NCBI GenBank assembly: GCA_964351975.1
Contig: CAYGPK010000001.1
Coordinates: 10,393 to 74,392 of the forward strand
Reading direction: 5' to 3'
DNA length: 64,000 bases
Source of the DNA: an uncultured Methanosarcinales archaeon
GTDB lineage: Archaea; Nanobdellota; Nanobdellia; Woesearchaeales; UBA583
How positions within the stretch are numbered: the stretch's first letter is position 1; every line of letters begins with the position of its first letter. A program made the translations under genes and the position numbers. The notes beneath the pieces were generated by a model. That model saw nothing but the letters and a program-made list of their open reading frames with translations. It had not been told where the DNA came from and ran no database searches. Of this stretch, positions 48,796 to 59,420 are shown in pieces.

Positions 48796-49356
48796 ATGTT
48801 CGGTTTAAATAAAAAAGAAAATTCTTTGCCTGAAGCAAATGAAACAGTTACTTGGGAGATTTTTCAATCTATGTCTTCTGATGAAAGATTAAGATTTTTT
48901 AATGATAAAATTTTAAATTATAGTATTGGAAATTCTGCTAATCACGCAATTTCTAAATTTATAGAAAAATCTAAATTAACTTTAGGTTCAGATCAAAAAT
49001 CTTTTTTGGTAAGTTGTTTTGAGGCTTTAGTTCTAGATTATATCAAATCAGATTTTTCTAGTTTTTTAGATTCTTTTAAACTAGATGAAGCAATTCAAGA
49101 AGGTTTTATAACAGAAGAGCATAAATATTTTATTAATTGTCAAGTTGTTTTGTATATTTTAGTTTATTGTGGTAGGTTTTCTGAGTTTCAATCAAAAATA
49201 TTTTCACAAGTTTTTTATTCTTTAAGAAAATCTTTTCAAAATGGAGTTGGTTCTTTTAGAGGTGCTTCTCAACAATTAAATATATTTCCTTGGGTTTTAG
49301 ATGAACATAACGGAGTTAATGATTCTGTTGTTAGAGAAAATTTATTAGGCTTATAG
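48796..49356 (+). CDS. Hypothetical protein
   Basis: 186 aa ORF with upstream TATA. Confidence 0.55.
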   Translation: MFGLNKKENSLPEANETVTWEIFQSMSSDERLRFFNDKILNYSIGNSANHAISKFIEKSKLTLGSDQKSFLVSCFEALVLDYIKSDFSSFLDSFKLDEAIQEGFITEEHKYFINCQVVLYILVYCGRFSEFQSKIFSQVFYSLRKSFQNGVGSFRGASQQLNIFPWVLDEHNGVNDSVVRENLLGL

Positions 49357-49372
49357 TAAAATTAATACTTAG

Positions 49373-49900
49373 TTAATATTTAATTTTATATACACTACAA
49401 TTTTCAGGGTTTAGTTCGTAGAAGTTTTCAATTGACAAGTCTTCATTGATTATTATTAATAATCTTATAATATCTTTATGAGTTACAATTAAGGTATTGT
49501 TGTTTTTATTTTTTTTTAAGTTATTTAGGAACTTTTTTAGTTCTTTTAATTTTTCAAAAATACTTTCATCTGATTTATCAATTTTATTTTTGAAGATTTG
49601 ATCTTTTACTTTTATATTATGATTTTCATAAGAAGAATTTTCTCTTCCTATTTTAAGTTCGTTAATAATGGTATTTATTTCTTGTTCTTTTTCTGTAATA
49701 TATTCTGCAGTTTCTGAAGTTCTTTTAAATTCAGAAATTAATACTTTATCAAATTTAATATTTTTTAGTTCTTTTGATACCTTTTTTGCTTGGTTTACAC
49801 CTTCTTTAGTTAAATGCTTAATATTATTAGAATTGATATTGATTTTTTTAGAAATATTGTTTTCATACTGCGCATGTCTTACAATGTATATTGTACTCAT
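49373..49900 (-). CDS. Histidine phosphatase family protein
   Basis: VRHAQ, LT.EG..QA, S..RT.ETA, VTH. Confidence 0.85.
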   Translation of the reverse strand: MSTIYIVRHAQYENNISKKININSNNIKHLTKEGVNQAKKVSKELKNIKFDKVLISEFKRTSETAEYITEKEQEINTIINELKIGRENSSYENHNIKVKDQIFKNKIDKSDESIFEKLKELKKFLNNLKKNKNNNTLIVTHKDIIRLLIIINEDLSIENFYELNPENCSVYKIKY

Positions 49901-50271
49901 AAGTAATTTATAATTTAAGGATTTTATAAAGTTTGATTTTCACTTAAGTGTATATGAGGTTATAAAAATATTAATCTAAGGTTTTAATATTTAATAAGAG
50001 CTTTTTAGAGAATTTAAGCAAATATAGCTCTTTATTGATTATTTAAATTTCTATTTTAACTTTAAATATTTTTACAAATAGTAAGATTTATAAAGAAAAG
50101 TGTGCTAATTAAGATATGTTTTTTCATACAGAAAAGCAAAAAATTTATTTAGGTGAATAGAAATTTTGGTATTACATTATATAATAAATTTAATCTTAAG
50201 TTTTATTGGGAAATAAGATTTTTTAATTTTTAAATCATAAATTTGATAAATAGAAGATTTTAGATTATATT

Positions 50272-50895
50272 ATGGTTAAAATTTTAGTTTTTGGAGATAG
50301 TATTGCTTGGGGAGCATTTGATTCTAAATACGGAGGATGGGTTTCTAGATTAAAAAGTTACTTTTTAAAAGAATATAACAAAACAGAAGTTGGCGTTTAT
50401 AACTTAGCTGTTTCTTCAAATGATACTAGAGGTGTTTTGAAATTTTTAGAAAATGATATCAATAAAATAACTAAAATTGAAAAAGAAGATTTGATATTAT
50501 TATTTTCAATTGGTTCAAATGATTTGATGTATTTTAAAAATAGAGAAAATATAAATATAGATTTATTAGAGTTTGAAAGGAATTTAAAGGAGATAATAGA
50601 AATTTCAAAAAAATATTCAAAAATTATAATTTTTACTGGACTTTTAAAAGTTAATGATAAATTAACTCAACCTTGGCATAGAGATGAATATTGGGAAAAT
50701 AGAGATATTAAGATATATGATGAGGTTATTAGAAAAATTTGTGAGCAAGAAAAAGTTATTTTTTTAGAATTTTTAGATTTAATTAAAGAAAATGATTTAG
50801 AAGATGGTTTACATCCAGATGCTATTGGACATGAAAAAATATTTTATAGAGTTAGGGATTATTTAATAAATAATATGAAAAATTTTAAATTTTAA
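50272..50895 (+). CDS. SGNH/GDSL hydrolase (paralog of 32473)
   Basis: GDS, GGWVSRLK, GSND, DGLHP. Confidence 0.9.
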   Translation: MVKILVFGDSIAWGAFDSKYGGWVSRLKSYFLKEYNKTEVGVYNLAVSSNDTRGVLKFLENDINKITKIEKEDLILLFSIGSNDLMYFKNRENINIDLLEFERNLKEIIEISKKYSKIIIFTGLLKVNDKLTQPWHRDEYWENRDIKIYDEVIRKICEQEKVIFLEFLDLIKENDLEDGLHPDAIGHEKIFYRVRDYLINNMKNFKF

Positions 50896-50955
50896 CTTAT
50901 TTAGAGAAAAAAGTTTAATAAAGGATAAAGATTATATTTAATTATAAATTAAAAG

Positions 50956-52416
50956 ATGGCTAAAGAAAATAAGCAAGAATTATCAATTAGTGTTTCTAAA
51001 GAGGAAAATATCTCAGAGTGGTATACTCAAGTTATTCAAAAAGCTGAACTTGCTGATTATACTAAAGTTTCAGGATGTATTGTTTATAGACCACGTTCTT
51101 ATGAAATTTGGGAAAAAATTAAAGAGTTTTTAGATGATAAGATTAAGAAATCAGGTGTTAAAAATTGTTATTTTCCTGTTCTTATTCCTGAGAGTTTGCT
51201 TACAAAAGAGAAAAATCATGTTGAAGGATTTGCACCAGAGGTTGCTTGGGTTGATTATGGGGGTAATACTAAATTAGGTGAGAGACTTGCGGTAAGACCA
51301 ACAAGTGAGACTATTATGTACGATTCATATTCAAGATGGATTAATTCTTATAGGGATCTACCATTAAGATTAAATCAGTGGAATAATGTTGTTCGTTGGG
51401 AATTTAAACATGCAACACCATTTTTAAGAGGAAGAGAATTTCTATGGCAAGAAGGACATACAGTTTTTGAAACAAGAGAAGAAGCTGTAGCCGAAGTTAT
51501 TGAGATGGTTGAGTATTATGGGTTAGTATACGAAGAAGTTCTTGCGATTCCAGCTACACTTGGTTATAAGTCAGTAGGTGAGAAGTTTGCAGGTGCTGAC
51601 TTTTCAACAACAGTTGAACCATTTTCATCAGTTGATGGAAAAGCAGTTCAAGGTGGAACATCACATCATCTTGGTCAAAGATTTGCAAAGGCATTTGAAA
51701 TTTCTTTTTTAGATAGAAATCAAAAGAAACAATTTCCGTATCAAAATTCTTGGGGTTTATCTACAAGAACAATTGGAGCTATGATTTTAATTCATGGAGA
51801 TGATAAAGGAATTGTTATCCCTCCAAGAGCTGCAACAGAAAAATTAGTTATTGTTCCACTTTTTTTTAAAGGAAAGGAAGAATTAGTTTTGAAAGAACTT
51901 GATAAATTGAAAAAAGAATTAGAAGATTTGAACCCAATTATTGATGATAGGAAAGAGTATTCCCCGGGATTTAAATATAATGAGTGGGAACTTAAAGGTG
52001 TACCTTTAAGACTTGAATTAGGTCCACGTGATGTGGAGAATAAAAAATGTATTGTAGTAAGACGTGACACTTCTGAGAAAATAGAACTTAGTTTAGATAA
52101 GAATTTAAAAAAAGAGATTATTAAGATTCTTGAAAAGATGCATTTTGAGATGTATATTAAAGCAAAGAAATCTGCAGATGAAGCAACGATTGAAGTTTTT
52201 AATTTTAAAGATTTTGAAAAAGCAATTGAGAATAAAAAAAGGTGTTTGGCCCCTTGGGCTGAATCTGAAAAAAGTGAAAATGAGATTAAGGAGAAAACAG
52301 GAGCTAAATCTAGTTGTCTTCCATTTGAATTTAAAGATAAGAGTTTGAAAGAGGTCAAATGTTTTTATAGTGGTAAACCTGCAACGTGCTGGGCTTACTT
52401 TTGTAAGAGTCATTAA
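50956..52416 (+). CDS. proS: Prolyl-tRNA synthetase, archaeal/eukaryote type
   Basis: RPTSET, VRWE, FLRGREFLWQEGHT, SWGLSTR. Confidence 0.97.
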   Translation: MAKENKQELSISVSKEENISEWYTQVIQKAELADYTKVSGCIVYRPRSYEIWEKIKEFLDDKIKKSGVKNCYFPVLIPESLLTKEKNHVEGFAPEVAWVDYGGNTKLGERLAVRPTSETIMYDSYSRWINSYRDLPLRLNQWNNVVRWEFKHATPFLRGREFLWQEGHTVFETREEAVAEVIEMVEYYGLVYEEVLAIPATLGYKSVGEKFAGADFSTTVEPFSSVDGKAVQGGTSHHLGQRFAKAFEISFLDRNQKKQFPYQNSWGLSTRTIGAMILIHGDDKGIVIPPRAATEKLVIVPLFFKGKEELVLKELDKLKKELEDLNPIIDDRKEYSPGFKYNEWELKGVPLRLELGPRDVENKKCIVVRRDTSEKIELSLDKNLKKEIIKILEKMHFEMYIKAKKSADEATIEVFNFKDFEKAIENKKRCLAPWAESEKSENEIKEKTGAKSSCLPFEFKDKSLKEVKCFYSGKPATCWAYFCKSH

Positions 52417-52419
52417 AAG

Positions 52420-52932
52420 ATGAGAGATCTTAGTTCTTTGGCAATTAGGGACTTTAATAAAATTTTAGAAACTAATAAAACACCAACTCTTTTTATTTCT
52501 GATGTTCAAGAATCAAGTGTTAGAGTTTTAAGAGATAAAAGTTTTATTACATACATTTGTAAAATGGTTCAACTTTTTAGAGAGAATAATTTTTTAATTA
52601 TTATTACAGAGTTTGGGGCATCATTAGGCTCAACTATTATAGATATTTTAAGTTTAGTTTTAGATTATAATAATTTAGTTAGAATTCAAAAAAATAAACC
52701 TTCAGCTTTTGATTTGATTAAACGAGAATTAGAAACACAAAGTATTAGTGCAGTAATGATTGTAGGAATGGAAGCTTGTTATTGTTGTTTAGTAAATGCT
52801 AGAATTTTAATTAATGATAAATATACAGTTTTTATTTCTTTAAATGGTATTGAAGATTCTAATCCTCAATTTTCAAATATGAATAAATGTTTAAGGGATT
52901 ATAAAGAGATAAATGTTAAAATTTTAGAATAA
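52420..52932 (+). CDS. Isochorismatase-like cysteine hydrolase
   Basis: DVQ, K...SAF, GMEA.YC. Confidence 0.7.
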   Translation: MRDLSSLAIRDFNKILETNKTPTLFISDVQESSVRVLRDKSFITYICKMVQLFRENNFLIIITEFGASLGSTIIDILSLVLDYNNLVRIQKNKPSAFDLIKRELETQSISAVMIVGMEACYCCLVNARILINDKYTVFISLNGIEDSNPQFSNMNKCLRDYKEINVKILE

Positions 52933-52948
52933 GTTTAAAAATTATTAT

Positions 52949-54238
52949 TTAATTAAATTCCATAACTTCGCCGATTTCTGGCATGTATACTTTTCCTTTA
53001 ATATTTTTTTCAGCGTATATTTTTGAACATTCAAGTGCTTCTAAATCTCCGTGTTGTAATATTAAATGTTTAGGGTTTATTTTATCAACAAGTGAGTGGA
53101 TACTATCTTGACCATAGTGAGCTGAAAAATCAAATTTTCTAACATGGCATTTAACTTTAACTTGCTTGTGATGTATGTGAAATGTATGATCTTCAAACAT
53201 ATGTCTTCCATTTGTTCCTTTAGCTTGATATCCTGTTAAAATAATGAAGTTGTTCTCTTCGTGAATAAAGTGTTCAGAATATGTCATTACAGGTCCACCT
53301 TGGACCATTCCAGATGTTGATACAATAACGATTCCTTTTTTTCTTGAAATTTCATCTCTTTCTTTTTTACTATTAACAATTTTAACTCTAGAATACATTT
53401 CATCTAAAGTATCTCTATTATCAATATATTCATCATCACTTTCTAAAACTAATTTAGTTAATTTTTTAGCCATTCCATCAAGATAGATAGGAATGTCTTT
53501 TGGAAGTCTTGAGAGAATAATTAAAATTTCTTGAGAACGACCAACTCCAAATACTGGAACAAGTGCTGAACCTCCACCTGCAAGACAAGTATTAATTGAT
53601 TTAATAAGTCCTTCTTCCGATTCTTTTTTATCAGGATGAGGTCTATCTCCATAAGTATTTTCGGTAATTAAAATATCAATGTCTTGAAGTTTATCGATTT
53701 CTGATGGTATCATTAGATTTGTATTTTCTGTATTTAAATCTGCAGTATACAATAATTTTTTTCCTTCAAGATGTAAAAGAATTGAAGCACCACCAGGGAT
53801 ATGTCCTGAATTTAGATAGTTAAATTTAATTTTTCCATCGTGAGTTTCATATTGTTTATCGTATCTTACAAATCTTAAATCATCTTTAACTTTTGAGATG
53901 TCTCTTTCTGAATAACAAGGATGTATTGCTCTAAGTTTTTCTAAATGATAAGAATCTTCAAGAAGAAGATTTGTTATTTTCCAAGTTAAAGGGGTTAAAT
54001 AAATTGGGCAGTTCATTTGTTTGTTTTCAAGCATAGGTAGTGCCCCACTGTGATCTAAATGTGCGTGTGATAAAAATACACCATCTAATTGATGCACTTT
54101 ATCAAGAAATTTCGGATATTCAACGCCTCCTGCAACAAATTTAATTCCTGCGTCCATAATATATCTTTTTCCTTCTGATTGGATTTCAATACAACTTTTT
54201 CCAACTTCTCTTGCCGCTCCGTGAAATATGATTTTCAT
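52949..54238 (-). CDS. Beta-CASP MBL ribonuclease (no KH domains)
   Basis: GAAREVGKSC, HAHLDHSG, GHIPG, ENTYG, SAH, HGD. Confidence 0.92.
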   Translation of the reverse strand: MKIIFHGAAREVGKSCIEIQSEGKRYIMDAGIKFVAGGVEYPKFLDKVHQLDGVFLSHAHLDHSGALPMLENKQMNCPIYLTPLTWKITNLLLEDSYHLEKLRAIHPCYSERDISKVKDDLRFVRYDKQYETHDGKIKFNYLNSGHIPGGASILLHLEGKKLLYTADLNTENTNLMIPSEIDKLQDIDILITENTYGDRPHPDKKESEEGLIKSINTCLAGGGSALVPVFGVGRSQEILIILSRLPKDIPIYLDGMAKKLTKLVLESDDEYIDNRDTLDEMYSRVKIVNSKKERDEISRKKGIVIVSTSGMVQGGPVMTYSEHFIHEENNFIILTGYQAKGTNGRHMFEDHTFHIHHKQVKVKCHVRKFDFSAHYGQDSIHSLVDKINPKHLILQHGDLEALECSKIYAEKNIKGKVYMPEIGEVMEFN

Positions 54239-54365
54239 TTTTATTTATTTTTCAAGATTTATATTTATATTTGTTTGTCACTTTTTTAGAGGAGGGAGTT
54301 ATTAGTTTAGAATTAATCATTAAGTTATTACAAAATTATTATTAATTAAAAAATTAAAAGTTATT

Positions 54366-55685
54366 ATGAATGATTTGTTTATAGGGATTCTATTGTCTGT
54401 TCTTTTAGGTGCTTTAGTTGGTGCCCAAAGAGAAATTAAACAGCAAAGAGATAATAAAAAACAATTTGCAGGATTTAGAACTTTTACCTTTATTTCTATT
54501 TTAGGATTTCTTTTAGGATTTATCTCAATTGAAATTTTAGATTCTTTTATTTTAATTTTTATAGGTTTTTTTGGTATTTTTTTATTAGTTACGACATCTT
54601 ATATTTTTTATGTACTTGGAACTAATATAAAAAACAGAAATTCGATTATTGGAGAAGTAAGTGCAATTATTACTTTCATTGTTGGACTTTTAATTAGTTT
54701 AAAATATTATTATTTTTCTATTTTTCTAACAATTTTAATTACTACAATTTTATTTTTAGGAAACGGTCTACACAATTTTGCTAAAAAAATTAAAGAAAAC
54801 GAAGTTTTTGGAACTTTAAAATTTGCGATTATTTCATTTGTAATTTTACCAATTCTACCCAATAAATTTTATGGGCCTTTAGATTTTCCATATATTTCAG
54901 ATTTTTTTCTTAAATTTTTTTCTGCTCAAATATTATTAGAGTTTAAAATTTTTAATTTTTTTCAGATTTGGCTTATGGTGGTTTTAATTTCTGCAATAAC
55001 TTATATTGGTTATATCTTGATGAAGACCATAGGTACCAATAAAGGAATTTTATTAACTGGGTTCTTAGGTGGTCTTATGAGTAGTACTGCTGTTGCATCA
55101 AGTTTTGCAATAGAGAGTAAGAGATCTCCTTCTTTAAAAATTCCACTTGCTGTTGGAATTATTATTGCTTCTTCAACAATGTTTTTTAGAGTTATACTAG
55201 AGGTTGCTCTTATTAATCCATTATTATTATCAGGGGTTATTTTTTTATCTTTACTTGGAATTATTGGTTTTGTTTATGGGTTTTACTTATTTTTTGGACA
55301 TATCTCTAAAAAAGGAAGTTATTTTGAGATGAGTTCTCCATTTACATTGGGCCCTGCAATTAAATTTGGTTTATTTTTTTTAGTCATAATTTTATTTTCA
55401 AAAGTATTTACCTTATTACTTGGAAATTACGGTATTTATTTTATTGCATTTTTTAGTGGTTTTGTTGATGTTGATGTTATTGTTTTAACTTTTTCTCAAA
55501 TGGCCCTTAAGGGAGAAATAATGTCAAATGTTGCAATACTTGGAATTTTTATTGCAACTATTTCAAATACTTTTTTTAAATTTTTAATAGTATATTTTTT
55601 AGGAACTAGAGAGATTGCAAATAAAATATTTTTTGCTTTCTTATCTATGACTATGTTTGGTTTAGTTTTATTATTTTTTATTTAA
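54366..55685 (+). CDS. MgtC/SapB + DUF4010 membrane protein
   Basis: AGFRTF, LPILPN, GGLMSSTA, GFVDVD. Confidence 0.88.
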   Translation: MNDLFIGILLSVLLGALVGAQREIKQQRDNKKQFAGFRTFTFISILGFLLGFISIEILDSFILIFIGFFGIFLLVTTSYIFYVLGTNIKNRNSIIGEVSAIITFIVGLLISLKYYYFSIFLTILITTILFLGNGLHNFAKKIKENEVFGTLKFAIISFVILPILPNKFYGPLDFPYISDFFLKFFSAQILLEFKIFNFFQIWLMVVLISAITYIGYILMKTIGTNKGILLTGFLGGLMSSTAVASSFAIESKRSPSLKIPLAVGIIIASSTMFFRVILEVALINPLLLSGVIFLSLLGIIGFVYGFYLFFGHISKKGSYFEMSSPFTLGPAIKFGLFFLVIILFSKVFTLLLGNYGIYFIAFFSGFVDVDVIVLTFSQMALKGEIMSNVAILGIFIATISNTFFKFLIVYFLGTREIANKIFFAFLSMTMFGLVLLFFI

Positions 55686-55693
55686 CTAAGTTA

Positions 55694-56371
55694 TCAATTT
55701 CTAAAGTGTTTGTTTATAACACTATAGATTATATCATTAAGTTTTATTATACTCCATTCTATGTCTTCAACTAATAAATTATAGTGTATATGGTCAATAT
55801 AAAGCTGTTGAAGACTAGCACTATTTTTCACAATTGGTATTTTTTGTAAGTATTTAGGAATTATATTATTATAATATTTTATTTTATTTCTAAATTCCCA
55901 ACTTCCTCCTTGAACTGTTTTTTTAGTATTCCCTACTAATATTTCTTTATCTGCTAGAAACCTATTTACTAAATCAATTTCAATTTCACACCAGCCGTAT
56001 GGACTATGAGGGGTGGTAACTTTTGCTTTCCATTTCATTTCAAAATTAACAGCATGGGCCATTTTTTCCCATTGAAAATGTTTTTCAAACATATCTCCAC
56101 TTCTATTCTGATTTACTTCATTTTCAACGTGTTCTCCAGCTTTAACTTGAAAATCTAAAAATTCTCCGGTATCAGGATCATTTAGAACATCTACAAATTT
56201 AGCAGTTTTATTATTTACGAAAGCATCCCTTAGTTCATTATAGAAGGCTTTGAAATTTACCTCACATTTGAAATTTTCAACTCTAGTTGGATATCCCCTA
56301 AATCCAAGTTCAATTATATTATTCTTTATTTGATAATCTGTAATTCTTTTAGTTGAAATTTGTGGATACAT
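55694..56371 (-). CDS. Hypothetical protein
   Basis: 225 aa ORF, no recognised motif. Confidence 0.6.
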   Translation of the reverse strand: MYPQISTKRITDYQIKNNIIELGFRGYPTRVENFKCEVNFKAFYNELRDAFVNNKTAKFVDVLNDPDTGEFLDFQVKAGEHVENEVNQNRSGDMFEKHFQWEKMAHAVNFEMKWKAKVTTPHSPYGWCEIEIDLVNRFLADKEILVGNTKKTVQGGSWEFRNKIKYYNNIIPKYLQKIPIVKNSASLQQLYIDHIHYNLLVEDIEWSIIKLNDIIYSVINKHFRN

Positions 56372-56476
56372 AAGAATATTATAATTTCCCTATTTTTAAA
56401 TGTTTTTCATATCTTTAATTAAGTTATTAAATTTAGTCACGATAGTTTTATATTAATTAATGCCTTATTTAATAGT

Positions 56477-58132
56477 ATGAATGAGATTTCTGCACCACTA
56501 AGTTCGCAATCTATTGAACGAGTATCAAAGGATAGTGTAGTTAATTTGACAATTAATACGATTTCAAAAGGGAAACAAGTTTTAATATTTAATAATTCTA
56601 AAAATAGCAGTGAAGCAACAGCTGATAGAGTAGCAGACTCTATTACTAAAGTTTTAGATAAGGATATCCTTAAAGAATTATCAGATAAAATTTTAAAATC
56701 ATTACCAAATCCTACTAAACAATGTAGAAGACTTGCAAAATCTGTTTTAAAAGGCGTTGCTTTTCATCATAGTGGACTTACTTCAAAACAAAGAACAATT
56801 ATTGAGAAAGGATTTAAAGATGGATATATTAAAATAATAAGTTCAACTCCAACCCTTGCAGCTGGCCTTAATTTACCTGCATATAAGGTTATTGTTAAAG
56901 ATTATAAGAGATATTCAGCTAGAGGTTTTAATGATATACCAGTTTTAGAGTATCATCAAATGAGTGGTAGAGCAGGACGGCCTGGGCAAGAGGATATTGG
57001 AATGGCTGTTCTTTGTGTTAAAACTGAAGATGAGTTAGATAGAGTTATACCTAAATATGTTTTTGGAAACCCAGAGGAAATTATTTCAAAACTTGCAGTT
57101 GAGCCGACTCTTAAGATGTATATGTTATCTTTGATTTCGATGGATATGATAAATACCAAAGATGAAATTAAAGAGTTTTTTAAAAATACATTGTATGCAC
57201 ATCAGTATAAAGATTTAGATACATTATTTTTGAATTTATTTAGAATTTTAAGTATTCTTAAAGAGTATGGTTTTGTTAATCAAGAGGATGATTATTATAT
57301 TGCAACTCAATTAGGAAAAAAAGTTTCAGAACTTTATTTAGGACCTGATACTGCTCATTATTTTATTGAAAATATCGAAGAATTTTTTAAGAGGTTTGGA
57401 AATGAAGAGATAAGTAAATATGATATTTATTCACTTGTCCATTTCGCTGTTAATACAATTGAGATGAAACCACTTTTTAGAGTAGGGAAAGCTGAAGAAG
57501 ACGTTTATGTAAAAAAAGCTGATGATGTTTCTGATTCTCTTGCCATTGAATTTAATCCTTTTGAAATGGATTATGCGGAATTTATGAACTCGCTTAAGAC
57601 AACTGATGTTTTTATGGATTGGATAACTGAAGCTCCTGAGGATTATATTTCAGAGAAATATAAAATAACGCCTGGAGAATTGCATTATAAAATAGGGATT
57701 ATTGATTGGCTTTTTTATTGTCTGGAGGAGATTTCTGTTATGAAAAAAAGTTTTTATTTTAAAAATTATTTAAATAAAATGAGAATTAGATTTAAATTTG
57801 GAATAAAAGAAGAGATTATTTCTTTTGTTTCACTTAAAGGAGTTGGAAGAGTTCGTGCAAGAAGTTTGTATAAGGCTGGATTTAAGAAAATAGCAGATTT
57901 GAAAAAAGCTGAATTTGCACAAATTTCAAGGGTTGTTGGGGATAAACTTACAATTAAAATTAAAGAGCAACTAGTTTCTGAGAATATTTCTGATAAAAAA
58001 TTAGATTCAAAACCTAAAGAAATTCAAGTTAGAGAAGTTTTAGATGAGGAAATTGAACAATTAGTTGAGGCGCATTCAACTTTTGAAAAGGAAAAAAATG
58101 AAGTTAATTTAAAACTTGATGATTATTTTTGA
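56477..58132 (+). CDS. Hel308/Hjm-like helicase lacking RecA domain 1
   Basis: QVLIF, HHSGL, TPTLAAGLNLPA, QMSGRAGRP, HhH GVGRVRAR; no Walker A or DExH. Confidence 0.85.
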   Translation: MNEISAPLSSQSIERVSKDSVVNLTINTISKGKQVLIFNNSKNSSEATADRVADSITKVLDKDILKELSDKILKSLPNPTKQCRRLAKSVLKGVAFHHSGLTSKQRTIIEKGFKDGYIKIISSTPTLAAGLNLPAYKVIVKDYKRYSARGFNDIPVLEYHQMSGRAGRPGQEDIGMAVLCVKTEDELDRVIPKYVFGNPEEIISKLAVEPTLKMYMLSLISMDMINTKDEIKEFFKNTLYAHQYKDLDTLFLNLFRILSILKEYGFVNQEDDYYIATQLGKKVSELYLGPDTAHYFIENIEEFFKRFGNEEISKYDIYSLVHFAVNTIEMKPLFRVGKAEEDVYVKKADDVSDSLAIEFNPFEMDYAEFMNSLKTTDVFMDWITEAPEDYISEKYKITPGELHYKIGIIDWLFYCLEEISVMKKSFYFKNYLNKMRIRFKFGIKEEIISFVSLKGVGRVRARSLYKAGFKKIADLKKAEFAQISRVVGDKLTIKIKEQLVSENISDKKLDSKPKEIQVREVLDEEIEQLVEAHSTFEKEKNEVNLKLDDYF

Positions 58133-58145
58133 AAAGCTCTAGATA

Positions 58146-58196
58146 GTAATATTTTTTTCAAAATTCTTGAATTTAAATGTTCAAAAGCTTTATATA
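58146..58196 (+). promoter_or_regulatory. Conserved motif plus TATA, copy 4 (pan)
   Basis: TTTTTTCAAAATTCTTGAA, TTTATATA at 58189-58196, ATG at 58219. Confidence 0.6.
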
Positions 58197-58218
58197 TAAA
58201 TGAATCTTATTTTTTTGT

Positions 58219-59391
58219 ATGAGCGGAACTGATACTGAAGCGAGAAAACCTGGAAATAGGTTAGATGATGATCCATTGTATAGTATTTCTTTTGAGAATG
58301 CAAGACTTGAAGAAGAGAATAAAAATTTGAAAAGAACAGTTCAATTTTATCAAGCTGAACTTGAAAAATTTAGAACCCCACCTTTTGTAGTTTCAGAAAT
58401 AATGTCAATTACTGATGAAGGTAAAGCAATTGTAAGATTACCTAACCAAAGTAATTTTTTAGTTGATATTTCAAAAAGTTTTACTGAAAAATTGAAAGCA
58501 GGAGATATGGTTCTTAATGAACAAAAATCTTTAGTTATTATGGGAATTGTTGATTTAACAAAGAACTTTGCTGTTGAAAATTATGTTATTGTTGATAATA
58601 AACCAAATATTTCTTGGGGGGATATAGGTGGTTTATCAGAAGAAGTTAGAAAGGTTAAGGAAGTTTTAGAATTACCTCTTAAAGAGCCTGAGAAATTTAG
58701 AGCAATTGGGATTACACCACCTAAAGGAGTTTTATTATATGGGCCTCCCGGAACAGGTAAAACTATGATTGCAAAAGCACTTGCTAAAGAAACTAATTCA
58801 ACTTTTATTGAACTTGTTGGTTCTGAACTTGTTCAAAAATTCATTGGTGAGGGTGCTAAACTTGTTAAGGATTTATTTGAGATGGCAAGAAAGAAAGGAC
58901 CTAGTATTATTTTTATTGATGAAATTGATGCAATTGGTGCAAGGAGAATTGAGACTGGAACAAGTGGAGAGAGGGAAGTTCAAAGAACATTTATGCAATT
59001 ACTTGGAGAAATAGATGGATTTGATGCTCTTTCAAATGTTAAAGTTATTGCTGCAACGAATAGAATAGATATTTTAGATGAAGCGATTTTAAGACCTGGA
59101 AGACTTGAGAGACATATTGAAGTGGGATTACCAAATGTTAAGGGTCGTGAAGAAATACTTAAAATTCATACTAAGAATATGAAAATAGATTCAAAAATTA
59201 GTTTAGATGAGATTGCAAAGAAAACAGATGGGTTCACAGGAGCTGAACTTAAAGCATTAATTACAGAGGCTGGTTATGAAGCTATTCGTAATGATAAAAA
59301 GAAAATATCTCAAGAATATTTATTAAAAGCAATCGAGATTGTTAAAGAGAGAGAGCACGAGTATGAGATGATGTCTCATTCTTTTAGCTAA
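58219..59391 (+). CDS. pan: Proteasome-activating nucleotidase
   Basis: Coiled coil + OB + AAA: GPPGTGKT, KFIGEG, DEIDA, ATNR, RPGR. Confidence 0.95.
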   Translation: MSGTDTEARKPGNRLDDDPLYSISFENARLEEENKNLKRTVQFYQAELEKFRTPPFVVSEIMSITDEGKAIVRLPNQSNFLVDISKSFTEKLKAGDMVLNEQKSLVIMGIVDLTKNFAVENYVIVDNKPNISWGDIGGLSEEVRKVKEVLELPLKEPEKFRAIGITPPKGVLLYGPPGTGKTMIAKALAKETNSTFIELVGSELVQKFIGEGAKLVKDLFEMARKKGPSIIFIDEIDAIGARRIETGTSGEREVQRTFMQLLGEIDGFDALSNVKVIAATNRIDILDEAILRPGRLERHIEVGLPNVKGREEILKIHTKNMKIDSKISLDEIAKKTDGFTGAELKALITEAGYEAIRNDKKKISQEYLLKAIEIVKEREHEYEMMSHSFS

Positions 59392-59420
59392 AAAATACCT
59401 ATTTTAATTCTAATTTCGTT

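Noticed and set aside
50116-50160. 14-codon ORF after a TATA-like box
   Set aside because: Not coupled to a downstream start and no similarity; at most a gene remnant.
51792-52413. Antisense and alternate-frame ORFs (188, 102, 72 aa) over proS
   Set aside because: Shadows of a well-conserved gene; no motifs. Same for tracked ORFs at 5497, 6121, 9276, 11400, 12758, 13453, 16040, 22547, 23021, 23913, 30138, 33446, 35001, 35448, 36048, 36358, 49668, 56956, 58769 and 60775.
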